DNA of 60,738 bases from Eledone cirrhosa (GCA_964016885.1 CAXHJY010000467.1:1-60738); one strand, 5' to 3'. Counted from the first letter of the stretch, positions 28,966 to 49,345 are shown. Notes: generated by a model from the letters alone, not told the origin. Numbers and translations: made by a program.

Positions 28966-29352
28966 AGGATTGATAAAATAAAGTACCAGTAATACACTGG
29001 GATAATTGCTGGCCTTGCGCCAAAAGTAGAAACAATTATTATGAAGGATTGATAAAATAAAGTACCAGTAATACACTGGGATAATTGCTGGCCTTGCGCC
29101 AAAAGTAGAAACAATTATTATGAAGGATTGATAAAATAAAGTACCAGTAATACACTGGGATAATTGCTGGCCTTGCGCCAAAAGTAGAAACAATTATTAT
29201 GAAGGATTGATAAAATAAAGTACCAGTAATACACTGGGATAATTGCTGGCCTTGCGCCAAAAGTAGAAACAATTATTATGAAGGATTGATAAAATAAAGT
29301 ACCAGTAATACACTGGGATAATTGCTGGCCTTGTGCCAAAAGTAGAAACAAT
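28893..29352 (+). repeat. 79-bp minisatellite derived from the SINE 3' half (~6 copies)
   Basis: Near-identical gataaaataaagtaccag...aattattatgaaggatt units; the ORF track repeats at exactly 79-bp intervals. Confidence 0.92.
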
Positions 29353-29544
29353 TTATCATTCTATAGGGATGCCCTCTTACAGAATTAATGAAGGGTAGTA
29401 GATATAAATAACTAGAGAGTTACTTAATGAAGTACAGTTAATGTATTATTAAATGCTACCATATCGTTTAGAGTCTCCAGTGAATCAACAAATGGGTTTT
29501 GAATTAGACACCATTGTCGTTTCGTTTATGTGCTTGTGATTTTG

Positions 29545-29975
29545 TTTGTGTTTTTCGTGTGTTTTTGTGTGTGTTTTTCGTGTGTTAATGTGTGTGCTTT
29601 TCGTGTGTTTATGTGTGTGTTTTTCGTGTGTTTATGTGTGTGCTTTTCGTGTGTTTATGTCTGTGTTTTTCGGGTGTTTATGTGTGTGTTTTTCGTGTGT
29701 TTATGTGTATGTTTTTCGTGTGTTTTTGTGTGCTTTTCGTCTGTTTATGTGTGTTTTTCGTGTGTTTATGTGTGTGTTTTTCGTGTGTTTATGTGTGTGT
29801 TTTTCGTGTGTTTTTGTGTGCTTTTCCTGTGTTTATGTGTGTGTTTTTTGAGTGTTTATGTGTGTGTTTTTCGTGTGTTTTTGTGTGTTTTTCGTGTTTT
29901 CTTTTGTGTGTTTTTCGTGTGTTTTTGTGTGTGTTTTTCGTGTGTTTTTGTGTGTTTTTTCGTGTTTTTTGTGTT
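29545..29975. repeat. ~20-22-bp G/T-rich minisatellite (TTTTTCGTGTGTTTATGTGTGTG-like)
   Basis: Seen directly. Confidence 0.9.
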
Positions 29976-30138
29976 GATGGTTTTTTTTTCTTAGTTCTTG
30001 TTTTGTTTGTTTCTTCTTCTTCCTCTCACCGTTTTCCATCTTCTTAACAGAGAATCTGATGAAGAGCTTTTATTTAATTAGCATTTTCCTATTGGTTAGT
30101 CATCTCTCTCTCTCTATCTATCTATCTATAAAAATATG

Positions 30139-30172
<34 letters not shown>

Positions 30173-30219
30173 GCGTGTATATATATATGTATATATGTAT
30201 ATATATATATGTGTGTGTG

Positions 30220-30254
<35 letters not shown>

Positions 30255-30351
30255 ATATATATGTGTGTGTGTATATATATATGTGTGTGTGTATATATAT
30301 ATATATGTGTGTATATATATATATGTGTGTGTGTGTGTGTATATATATATG

Positions 30352-30420
<69 letters not shown>

Positions 30421-30463
30421 ATACATATATATATATATGGGTGTGTGTATATATATACATATA

Positions 30464-30508
<45 letters not shown>

Positions 30509-30614
30509 TTGTGTGGGCATAATGTATAATGTATTTATTGTAATTTATGATATCAGATGAAAATTAAGATCACCCTTAACTATCATATTATCTGTGTGTG
30601 TGTGTGTAATTCAG

Positions 30615-30684
<70 letters not shown>

Positions 30685-30818
30685 TAGACTTGTCGTTGTG
30701 TGTGTGTGTATTACAAGATTTGATGACGCTCGTGCTCGTGGTGGTGTTGGTGGTAGGTACGGTGGTGTGGCGGCGGCAGTTTGTGGAGGTGCAGGCTACA
30801 TAAATGGAGGTACACCTC

Positions 30819-30992
30819 CATGACAAATAATTGTTTCTACTTTTGGGCACAAGGCCAGCAAATTACCCGGTGTATTACTGGTACTTTATTTTATCGACCC
30901 TGTAAGGATGAAAGGCAAAGTTAACGTCGGCGGGATGTAAACTCAGAATGGCAAGGGCCGTAACTCTATGCGTTAAAGCATGGTGTCCGAGC
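30819..30992 (-). mobile_element. Nin-like SINE copy
   Basis: Reverse complement of the array unit, including the ttgtcat linker. Confidence 0.85.
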
Positions 30993-31010
30993 CTAGGCCA
31001 GCAATTACCG

Positions 31011-31695
31011 TGGTAATGGTGGTGTCGTTTTTTGATTACCATTATATCTAGGAATGGTAATTTGGTACTACTCATCTCTTTTGTGAATTGGAGAGATGGG
31101 TGTAGGTTATTCAGGAGGATATTGAACTCATCCAGAGTATCGAGAGATTCTGTCCAGATGATGAAACAGTCGTCAAGGTATCTCTTCCAAGACTTTTCAA
31201 TGTACTTTCTAATGTCAGTACTATATTTGTCCTCTATTTCTTGGTAGAGTTGTTGTTCTAAGTATCCCATTACAGAGTTCGCGTAAACGGGAGCAAACTT
31301 CGTTCCCATCGCTGTGCCTCTAATTTGGATGTAATTCTTTCCATTGAAGAAGAAAGTGTTGTTTCCCACAATAAGTTTAACTGCGTCTAATCTAAATGGC
31401 GCTGTGAATCTGGTGGGAATCACTTCTCTATGATTTTCCACACAGTATTTAACTGAGAACAACAACTCTACCAAGAAATAGAAGACAAATATAGTACTGA
31501 CTTCAGAAATTACTTTGAAAAGTCTTGGAAGAGATACCTTGACGACTGTTTCATCATTTGGACAGAATCTCTAGATACTCTGGATGAGTTCAATATCCTC
31601 CTGAATAACCTACACCCATCTCTCCAATTCGCGAAAGAGATGAGTAGTACCAAATTACCATTCCTAGATATAATGGTAATCAAAAAACGACACCA
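31011..31695. mobile_element. Fold-back of an internal PLE (Neptune-like) RT fragment
   Basis: Minus strand NNTFFFNGKNYIQIRGTAMGTKFAPVYAN..WKRYLDD..LPFLD. 31458-31695 is an inverted near-identical copy of 31019-31258. Confidence 0.85.
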
Positions 31696-31707
31696 TATAT
31701 ATATATA

Positions 31708-31747
<40 letters not shown>

Positions 31748-31775
31748 TATATATATATATATATTCATATATATA

Positions 31776-32323
31776 TATTGTTATACTTTGGGAGGGTCAT
31801 GTTGCCAATAAGAAACACACGCACCAGATGCTTTCACTTCAATTTATTATATATTTATAAATTTATAAATTTACAAATCTACAAATCTACAAACCTATAA
31901 ATTTCTGGTTGGTTGGTTGGTTCCACAACCAGATAGTTGTTTATATATATAGTCATACTAGCAAACTGAGCACACAACACACACACAGAAACAAAATGGC
32001 GTAGGATAGAAGAAAGGAAAGGCACAGAAACGAAGAAAGGAATCCCCAGTCACTGAAGAGGTCACAGAGTGTGTGACGAAAGGACTATGACTATATATAT
32101 AAACAACTATCTGGTTGTGGAACCAACCAACCAACCAGAAATTTATAGGTTTGTAGATTTGTAGATTTGTAAATTTATAAATTTATAAATATATAATAAA
32201 TTGAAGTGAAAGCAACTGGTGCGTGTGTTTCTTATTGGCAACATGACCCTCCCAAAGTATAACAATATCGGTTTCAACACACGATTTCAGATAAAGAATC
32301 TTGCTAAACAAATTCAGAACGAC
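31776..32323. mobile_element. Fold-back PLE pLTR with a complete HHR at 32048-32092 (+)
   Basis: Arms 31776-31957 and 32086-32267 plus a right tail. HHR agtca-CTGAAGA-g-gtcac agagtgt gtgac-GAAAG ga CTA-tgact. Confidence 0.88.
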
Positions 32324-32336
32324 ATATATATATATA

Positions 32337-32374
<38 letters not shown>

Positions 32375-32420
32375 TATATATATATTATATATTCATATAT
32401 ATATATATATATATATATAT

Positions 32421-32615
32421 AACGAAGGAAATGTGGTAAGGAACCAGGTGGACCATAACGCACCAAAGTACTCAATACTTGAGGTAGTAGAGTGGGTAAT
32501 AGGAACCAGTAAGACCCCGACAGCTGAGCTCAAGCCGTTTCGAAGGCTAATTCTGGAGTCCAGAATTAGCCGTCGAAACGGCTTGAGCTCAGCTGTCGGG
32601 GTCTTACTGGTTCCT
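32421..32615. mobile_element. Half-hammerhead palindrome with ~80-bp tail
   Basis: Same family as 25526-25724 with a different central junction. Confidence 0.85.
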
Positions 32616-32640
32616 ATATATATATATATATATATATATA

Positions 32641-32738
<98 letters not shown>

Positions 32739-32746
32739 TATATATA

Positions 32747-32876
<130 letters not shown>

Positions 32877-32916
32877 TATATATATATATGAATATATATA
32901 TATATATATATATATA

Positions 32917-32949
<33 letters not shown>

Positions 32950-32954
<5 letters not shown>

Positions 32955-33976
32955 AGGCTTAGCTCTGTTTCTCGACCGTTATATCGCGTGACTATCTCCC
33001 CCTCCGCCTTTTGGGATTCTTTCTCACGTCGTGTAGACGCGTTCTTGAGACCAGTAAAATGAGGTATCCTCTTGATAAGTCGGCAGACCTCGCAAGGACT
33101 CTATATCTTTGATATATTGTTTTTGTTTATGCCACGAAGCTACGTAGTCGAGGAATTTAGGAACAGTTTAGGTATGATACATTTTATTACTAATTATATC
33201 TAAATGTTTCTTCTCTCTTCATAATGTATTTTTAACTCTGATACTGGTTCAGTCTAGTTCAAACTGAATTGGTCTGTCCCAGTCATTCATTGAGCAACAT
33301 CGGTGAAGTTGGCACCCTTAACTCACAGTTGGGTGCGGATGCATTCATGTATATATGTGTGTGTCCGCATGTATCTGTGTGTTTCTAAATATATTAATAA
33401 CTCCCTCTGGTCGAGCAATCTTTGAAGTGTGGGGACAACTGGAAAGCTTCCATTACTCATACTTCTCGCCTTCTTCACTACCTCTTCTGCGGCCTCGATA
33501 TGAATACCCCCTCCGCCTCCGTGGTATTTTCTTCGTGGTTATAAGAGGCTTAGCTCTGTTTCTCGACCGTTATATCGCGTGACTATCTCCCCCTCCGCCT
33601 TTTGGGATTCTTTCTCACGTCGTGTAGACGCGTTCTTGAGACCAGTAAAATGAGGTATCCTCTTGATAAGTCGGCAGACCTCGCAAGGACTCTATATCTT
33701 TGATATATTGTTTTTGTTTATGCCACGAAGCTACGTAGTCGAGGAATTTAGGAACAGTTTAGGTATGATACATTTTATTACTAATTATATCTAAATGTTT
33801 CTTCTCTCTTCATAATGTATTTTTAACTCTGATACTGGTTCAGTCTAGTTCAAACTGAATTGGTCTGTCCCAGTCATTCATTGAGCAACATCGGTGAAGT
33901 TGGCACCCTTAACTCACAGTTGGGTGCGGATGCATTCATGTATATATGTGTGTGTCCGCATGTATCTGTGTGTTTC

Positions 33977-33982
<6 letters not shown>
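32950..33982 (+). mobile_element. Retrozyme-like tandem: ~1.75 copies of a 591-bp unit, each with a U3-A8 variant HHR (33067-33154; 33658-33745)
   Basis: taagaggcttagctctg recurs at 32951 and 33542 with no difference seen by eye. HHR tcctc-TTGATAA-gtcggca...tgccac-GAAG ctacgtag TC-gagga. Confidence 0.82.
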
Positions 33983-34015
<33 letters not shown>

Positions 34016-34017
<2 letters not shown>

Positions 34018-34536
34018 TTTTATTTTTTTATTTTTTTTAAATCTATTTATCTATTCTTTTATTCACTTATTTGTTTATTTATTTATTTATGTATTTCTTC
34101 AGCCTAGCAATAGCGAGAGACTTAAGTCTTAGTAACCAGATTTTGCTTATATTTTTTTTTTCTCTCTCAGTACCTTTTACAGTTTTACCTTTCATTGTTC
34201 TACTTACCGTTTCGACCTCCTCCCGCTCCCCAGTATCCTCTTTGACCTCACACCCAGCTGTAGCTGGCACTACCAACGCATGAATGGGTCTACTCCACCC
34301 CCTCTCCCCTTTTTCTCCTACTGGCAGGTTTAGCTACCCCTTCCCCCACCAACTTGCCATCACAGATTTACTACTAACTTGTGATGTGACCAATCCTGGT
34401 GATTATCTCTTTGACCATATATGTAATTACCCCTTGATAAGTTCGGCTATTTAAATACCAGAATTAATTTTTCATTCAGTACAGAATTAGCCGTCGAAAC
34501 GGCTTGAGCTCAGCCGTCGGGGTCTTACTTGTTCCT
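34016..34536 (+). mobile_element. Monomeric pLTR-like element carrying the full-length parent ribozyme of the palindrome family
   Basis: Ends in the same gttcc-(TA)n terminus as the palindromes and contains the complete HHR. Confidence 0.7.
34423..34528 (+). ncRNA. Type I hammerhead with compensated U3-A8 core and a full stem III
   Basis: gtaa-tt-acccc-TTGATAA-gtt-cggcta...tagccg-tc-GAA-acggct tgagctc agccgt-C-ggggt-c-ttac. All three stems pair; predicted cleavage is after GUC at 34518. Confidence 0.8.
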
Positions 34537-34543
34537 ATATATA

Positions 34544-34575
<32 letters not shown>

Positions 34576-34607
34576 CATATATATCTATATATATATTCAT
34601 ATATATA

Positions 34608-35616
34608 TATTGTTATACTTTGGGAGGGTCATGTTGCCAATAAGAAACACACGCACCAGTTGCTTTCACTTCAATTTATTATATACTTATAAATTTATAA
34701 ATTTACAAATCTACAAACTTATAAATTTCTGGTTGGTTGGTTGGTTCCACAACCAGATAGTTGTTTATATATAGTCATAGTCCTTTCGTCACACACTCTG
34801 TGACCTCTTCAGTGACTGGGGATTCCTTTCTTTGTTTCTGTGCCTTTCCTTTCTTCTATCCTACGCCATTTTGTTTCTGTGTGTGTGTTGTGTGCTCAGT
34901 TTGCGCATGCGCCACATCCGGGTGTCTGTGTGTGTTTGTGTTCATTTATCTATTTGTTTATTTATTTCATTTATTTATTGTTGGTTGGTTGTTTGTTCTA
35001 TGTGTGTGTGTATGTTTTCATTTTGTCCTTAATTGTAAGTTGTGATGTTGCTGTTCCACTCATATTTTCTATTTAATTTTGGTTGTAATTCTTTTATGCT
35101 TACTGCCTCTGTAATTTGCCTAAACATTGCATCTTTTCTGTGTGTGGATTCTATTTTTATTTCTATGTTCTCTAATCTACCCCTGTGTTCTATCAACCAA
35201 CAATAAATAAATAAACAAATAGATAAATGAACACAAACACACACAGACACCCGGATGTGGCGCATGCGCAAACTGAGCACACAACACACACACAGAAACA
35301 AAATGGCGTAGGATAGAAGAAAGGAAAGGCACAGAAACAAAGAAAGGAATCCCCAGTCACTGAAGAGGTCACAGAGTGTGTGACGAAAGGACTATGACTA
35401 TATATAAACAACTATCTGGTTGTGGAACCAACCAACCAACCAGAAATGTATAAGTTTGTAGATTTGTAAATTTATAAGTATATAATAAATTGAAGTGAAA
35501 GCAACTGGTGCGTGTGTTTCTTATTGGCAACATGACCCTCCCAAAGTATAACAATATCGGTTTCAACACACGATTTCAGATAAAGAATCTTGCTAAACAA
35601 ATTCAGAAACGAAACC
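34608..35616 (-). mobile_element. 5'-truncated PLE: endonuclease C-terminus (35029-35192) flanked by inverted pLTRs with HHRs (34773-34817 minus; 35355-35399 plus)
   Basis: Minus strand ..DAMFRQITEAVSIKELQPKLNRKYEW..* is a GIY-YIG terminal motif. Arms are ~370 bp and belong to the same family as 31776-32323. Confidence 0.88.
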
Positions 35617-35730
35617 TATATATATATATATTCATATATATATATATTCATATATATATATATTCATATATATATATATATATATTCATATATATATATA
35701 TACATATATATATTCATATACATATATATA

Positions 35731-35766
<36 letters not shown>

Positions 35767-35770
<4 letters not shown>

Positions 35771-37410
35771 CAGACTCGGTTGCTGGACCTGATGGATTCC
35801 CAGCAGTTCTCCTAAAAATATGTAAGCGGGCCTTAGCAACTCCACTGAAGATGCTCTTCAGAAGCTCCTTGGCTAGCGGTGTACTACCCAGGGAGCTGAA
35901 AGAAGGCACAATATGTCCTATCCATAAAGGAGGTAGTAGAGCGGAGGCCAAGAACTATAGGCCTGACGTCGCATATCAGTAAGGTCATGGAGCGAGTCGT
36001 CAGAAAGAAACTAATCACTTTCCTCGAAGAAAATGACCGCCTGACTAGCACGCAACATGGCTTCCGCCCAGGAAGAAGCTGCCTTACACAGCTGCTACAT
36101 CACTACGACTGGGTACTGAGACAACTACTAGACAGCTCACATGTAGACGTGATATATCTTGACTTTGCGAAGGCCTTTGACAAGGTCGACCACGGAATTA
36201 TATGTCACAAACTACACGGACTCGGCATAACTGGAAAAGTAGGTGAGTGGCTGCATGGCTTCCTAAGGGACAGAAGCCAGGCAGTCGCAGCAAATGGGGC
36301 CCTCTCGAGGGAAACACCGATAACAAGTGGGGTGCCTCAGGGGACAGTCCTGGGACCACTACTGTTTTTGGTGGCTCTCTCGGACATGCCCTCTGTGGTG
36401 CATGCAACAACATCCCTCACTAGCTATGCTGATGACACTAAGGTAGCACAGGCAATCAAAAACCCGGCTGACGCTGCCCTCTTACAGCAGGATCTGGATG
36501 CCATATACAGATGGGCGGAAGAAAACAACATGCAGTTTAATGCTGGCAAATTTCAAGCCCTACAATACAAACCTACAAACACAAATATAGCGGAACACCG
36601 CTACACAGGACCAGGAGGGACCGATATCCCCGTGTCAAAATCGATACGAGACCTGGGCATAGACATGAGCGATGATGCATCTTTTTCTTCACACATCATG
36701 AAGGTGGCGACAGCATGTAGACGATTCGCTGGCTGGATCTTGAGGACTTTCCTTACAAGAGATCGAGACACCATGTTGACACTGTGGAGGACTTTTGTCC
36801 TAAGCCGCCTGGACTACTGCTCCCAGCTGTGGTCACCCCATAGTGTCAAACTAACCACGGAGCTTGAGGCAATCCAGCGAAGCTACACCAAGAGGATTGC
36901 CAAGATGAGGGAGACAAGCTACTGGGAGAGGCTGAAGGAACTGAACCTCTACTCCTTGGAGCGAAGACGGGAGAGATACGCAGTGATCTACATGTGGAAA
37001 ATCCTGGAGGGACTAGCACCAAACTTTGGCATTGGGAGCTGGACCAACCGTCGAACAGGACGTCACTGTGTGGTGCCAAAGGTCCCGTCTTCCACATCTA
37101 GAATAAGGAGCAGGTATTGCAATAGCCTGGGATTCAAGGGCCCTCAACTCTTGAACAGGCTGCCGAGGCATCTGCGAGACTTGCATGACGTGGAGGTGGA
37201 TGTCTTTAAGAAACATCTCGACACCTTGTTATCCAGGATCCCGGATGAGCCCACAGCAAGACACGAGGGAAACCTAAGGGCAGCAGCAACAAACTCCCTC
37301 CTACACCAGTGGCCAACCTATACAGGCTGGAGATAAAATGTGTAGCAACAAGGGCGGTGCCCCAGCATGGCCTCAGCCGGATGGCTGAAACAGGTAAAAG
37401 AGTAAAAGAG
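35767..37410 (+). mobile_element. 5'-truncated CR1-like LINE
   Basis: [22 protein letters not shown], then a small deletion/frameshift at ~35965, then the RT. Short 3'UTR and gtaaaagagtaaaagag tail; (TA)n flanks. Confidence 0.92.
35987..37336 (+). CDS. LINE reverse transcriptase (C-terminal 449 aa of ORF2)
   Basis: [56 protein letters not shown]. Confidence 0.9.
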   Translation: MERVVRKKLITFLEENDRLTSTQHGFRPGRSCLTQLLHHYDWVLRQLLDSSHVDVIYLDFAKAFDKVDHGIICHKLHGLGITGKVGEWLHGFLRDRSQAVAANGALSRETPITSGVPQGTVLGPLLFLVALSDMPSVVHATTSLTSYADDTKVAQAIKNPADAALLQQDLDAIYRWAEENNMQFNAGKFQALQYKPTNTNIAEHRYTGPGGTDIPVSKSIRDLGIDMSDDASFSSHIMKVATACRRFAGWILRTFLTRDRDTMLTLWRTFVLSRLDYCSQLWSPHSVKLTTELEAIQRSYTKRIAKMRETSYWERLKELNLYSLERRRERYAVIYMWKILEGLAPNFGIGSWTNRRTGRHCVVPKVPSSTSRIRSRYCNSLGFKGPQLLNRLPRHLRDLHDVEVDVFKKHLDTLLSRIPDEPTARHEGNLRAAATNSLLHQWPTYTGWR

Positions 37411-45393
<7,983 letters not shown>

Positions 45394-45840
45394 CGATATT
45401 AATAAATGGAAACTATATTTATAAAACCATATTTATTTCATTATACATATTTCAGGGATACCACATTAAATTATGGTATGCCTTCATCAGACAAAATACA
45501 ATATATAACAGTTTTACAAATAGGTTTGACGTACCCTTTAAAATACAACCATTACTTTTGGAGGCTGTCTGACTATCCAGACAGCCTCCAAAAGTAATGC
45601 TTGTATTTTAAAGGGTACGTCAAACCTATTTGTAAAACTGTTATATATTGTATTTTGTCTGATGAAGGCATACATAATTTAATGTGGTATCCCTGAAATA
45701 TGTATAATGAAATAAATATGGTTTTATAAATATAGTTTCCATTTATTAATATCGTATATCTACTCCAAAATTTGTCGAGTGCTTTATATCAGTTATACAA
45801 TATTTACTTGTTGTATCCCAACAACTTTAAATAGAACTTT

Positions 45841-45843
<3 letters not shown>
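45394..45843. mobile_element. Fold-back of the 24.5-kb family with HHR-like motifs (45449-45490 minus; 45659-45699 plus)
   Basis: ~178-bp near-perfect arms centred at ~45573, with a ~90-bp right tail homologous to 24505-24592. Confidence 0.82.
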
Positions 45844-45896
<53 letters not shown>

Positions 45897-46241
45897 TATA
45901 TATGTAGGGAGTTAGATATGGATAATGGACAAGAAAAAGATCTCAACTCTATATATAAGGATCGTAAAATGATGAATTTTTTAATATAAGGAACTGTTTC
46001 TTTGTTTTTATTCATTATTTTTATTAATTTAATTTATTCATATATATATATTCATATATATATATAATCTTTATTTATTGATACCAGTCATCGGACTGCG
46101 GTCAAGTTGGGGCACCACCTTGTCGGCTATAATCGATTAATTATCGATCTGCGCACTTGTCTAGAGATTATCGACAAGGAAATGATGAAAGGCAAATACA
46201 TCGTACATTGTATTTGATTGTTTGTTTAATTTGTATGTGAG

Positions 46242-46276
<35 letters not shown>

Positions 46277-46419
46277 TGTGTGTGATGGAGAGAGAGAGAG
46301 AGAGGGGGGGGGGTGAAGGAGAGACAGACGATGCGTAGAAAAGAGAGAGAGAGGTAGAGAGCAAACGAAAGAAAGATAGACATAATGTTTGTGTAATATA
46401 GAGAGAGACAGAGAGAGAC

Positions 46420-46835
46420 GTGGTGTGAGAGATAGAAAGAAAGAGAAAGAGAGAGAGAGAGTAAGAGGAAGCAAGATAGACGTTGTGTGTGTGTGTGTGT
46501 GTGTGAAAGGCAGATAGAAAGAGAGAGAAAGAGAGAGAGAGAGTAAGAGGAAGCAAGATAGACGTTGTGTGTGTGTGTGTGAAAGACAGATAGAAAGAGA
46601 GAGAGAGATAGTAAGAGAAAGCAAGATAGATGTTGTGTGTGAGTGTGTGTGTGAAAGGCAGATAGAAAGAGAGAGAAAGAGAAAGAGAGTAAGAGTAAGC
46701 AAGATAGACGTGGTGTGTGAGTGTGTGTGTGAAAGGCAGATAGAAAGAAAGAGAAAGAGAGTAAGAGTAAGCAAGATAGACGTGGTGTGTGAGTGTGTGT
46801 GTAAATGTTAGATAGAAAGAGAGAGAGAGAGAAAG
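46420..46835. repeat. ~60-68-bp compound (GA)n/(GT)n minisatellite, ~6 copies
   Basis: Recurring gcaagatagacgttgtgtg...gaaaggcagatagaaag. Confidence 0.85.
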
Positions 46836-46947
46836 CAAGCAAAAGAGGTAGATACGTGTATATGTGTATCTATGTGTTTGAAAGGTAGATAGAAAGAGAA
46901 AGAGATACAGAAAGGAAGAAAGAGAGAGAGAGATAGTGTGTGTGCGT

Positions 46948-47000
<53 letters not shown>

Positions 47001-47151
47001 GGACAGGCGGTGTGGTTCAGAGATCAAAGAACCGGTGAGTGTTGATGTAAAAGTTGTTGAAAATCAAGGACGACATATTGTTTCATATCAAAGACTTAAT
47101 TCCTTTGTCGCTGTTGTTTTATTATCTCGGGAATAAAGAAATAAAATACAA

Positions 47152-47228
<77 letters not shown>

Positions 47229-47238
47229 TAACACTCTT

Positions 47239-47278
<40 letters not shown>

Positions 47279-47279
47279 C

Positions 47280-47310
<31 letters not shown>

Positions 47311-47311
47311 A

Positions 47312-47343
<32 letters not shown>

Positions 47344-47499
47344 GTATATATATATATATATATGTGTGTATATATATATATATTAAACATATATATATAT
47401 ATATATATAAACACACATATATAAATATCTTTATATATATATATATATAAACAACACACACACACATATACATATACATATATATATATATATAAACAT

Positions 47500-47536
<37 letters not shown>

Positions 47537-47560
47537 AACACACACACACATATATATATA

Positions 47561-47599
<39 letters not shown>

Positions 47600-47600
<1 letters not shown>

Positions 47601-47990
47601 AAACTATACAATTTACACCATCACAATTTCAACAACCTGCATCACCACAGCCACTACCACCAGCAACACCATCAACAACAATAACAACAATCATCACCAC
47701 CGTCACCATCACAACTATCACCGGCGTCCCCACCGCCACCACCACCTTCAGCAACAACAACAACAACAACAACCGCAAAAAATATTAATATTTAGAATAA
47801 AACTAACTACACAAACACGATAAACATCATTTTACCATCAACATTACCACCGCCACCAACACCACCACCACCGCCACCACCGACAATATCAACACCGCCA
47901 TCAACACCAACAACATCAACACCACCATTATCGTCAATATCAACACCATCACCACCACCACCACCATCATCATCATCAACATCAACATCT
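47600..47990. repeat. CAC/CAA/CAT trinucleotide mosaic
   Basis: Seen directly. Confidence 0.85.
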
Positions 47991-48149
47991 CCTCTGACAA
48001 CAGGAAAGATCTGACATAGTTTTAGATTTCATCATCCTCAGTTCGGCTTATTTCTATCTCTAGGTCTTTACATTTGGATAACTTCTCTCATCTTTTGAGA
48101 GATAGACTATCTTCTGTGGTAACTGATACATCACGGGAAACCCTCGAAA

Positions 48150-49345
48150 TCCTCACCACCACCTATTGGGGAATTTTGTTTCCTTTCTATATTTTTATTA
48201 CATTCTCCGTTTTCGTTTTATACTCATTTTTACACACATAAACCCGCATTGTGCAGTGCTGTGCCGTCCTTAATGTATTTTAAAGTAAACCCTTTGTAGT
48301 CAATAAAGAACGCATCAGTATCGCTAGAGGATCGGGTGCCAAGCTTTCCAGCATAGAGTTACGCCCCTTTACGGACTGAGTTCAAATCCCGCCGAGGTTA
48401 GTTTGCCTTTCATCCTTACGGGGTCGATAAAATAAAGTACCAGTAATGTACTGGTTAATTGCTGACCTTGTGCCAAAAGTAGAAACCATTATTATCATTA
48501 TTATTATTATTATTAAGGAGGTGGATTGGTAGGATCGGTAGAGCATCGGACACCCTGATTTGCAGCATAGAGTTACGGCCCTTTATTTTCTGAGTTCAAA
48601 TCCCGCCGAGGTTAACTTTGCCTTTCATCCTTACGGGGGTCGAAAAATAAAGTACCAGTCACGTACTGAGGTCGATTTAATCGACTTTCTTCTCCCCCAA
48701 ATTACTAGCCTTGTGTCTGTACTAGAAATCGTTGAGGATTGGTGGGGTACCTGAGTGAACCCTGGGTGGTCATCCGCCCTATTGGGGAATGTTCCTTGTT
48801 GTATTTTTATTGTTACTTTGTTATTTTTATTTATATTGTTTACACGTTGTTTATGTAAATCCCCACTGTCCCTGTCTTTTGTATTGTCCCCTATATGTCG
48901 GCCCCTGTGGCCAATAAATGACACTAGTATTATTATTATTATTGAGGTTGACTTTGCCTTTCATCCTTACGGGGTCGATAAAATAAAGTACCAGTAATGC
49001 ACTGGGTAATTGCTGGCCTTGTGCCTAAAGTAGAAACAATTATTATTCCGAGTGAATGGGCCTACTCTGAGTATGTGTCTGTAAATTAAAGGTGGAAAAC
49101 TGGGAGAGGGCACTTGCCCTGGTGGTCAGGGTCACTGTGGTCTTTTAATGGGCTTTCTCCAGAAATGTCCCTCCGAAGTCTCCCCCCTATTGGGGAATCT
49201 TTCTTTGTTATTTTATTACATCCTCTGTTTTTTTTACACGCAGAAATACCCATTTGAACCGTCCTGTATTGTCCTGTATTGTCCTGTACTGTCCTTAATG
49301 TCTACTTTATGTAAACCCTTGTGGTTAATAAAGAAAACATTATTA
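48150..49345 (+). mobile_element. Cluster of three LINE 3'UTR ends (~48150-48310, 48735-48925, 49050-49340) alternating with three Nin-like SINEs (~48318-48490, 48516-48730, 48943-49047)
   Basis: The LINE ends share cctattggggaat...(g/c)attgt...ccc(t)tgt(g/a)g..aataaa with the minus-strand element at 55290-55860. SINE motifs match the 27.7-kb array. Confidence 0.75.

Noticed and set aside
28893-29352. Regular short repeats resembling a CRISPR array
   Set aside because: The units are identical along their whole length with no unique spacers, derive from a SINE, and no cas genes are present.
30056-30070. ctgatgaagagc core-like match
   Set aside because: No stem II or GAAA follows.
30707-30823. 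Possible host exon (signal-peptide-like MTLVLVVVLVV or Gly-rich frame)
   Set aside because: An early stop in one frame, GGT-repeat composition and no recognisable homology.
47001-48125. Candidate micro-exons (GQAVWFRDQRT before gtgagt at ~47035; VLHLDNFSHLLRDRLSSV at ~48064-48117)
   Set aside because: Splice-like signals alone are expected by chance; spliced RNA-seq alignments would be needed.
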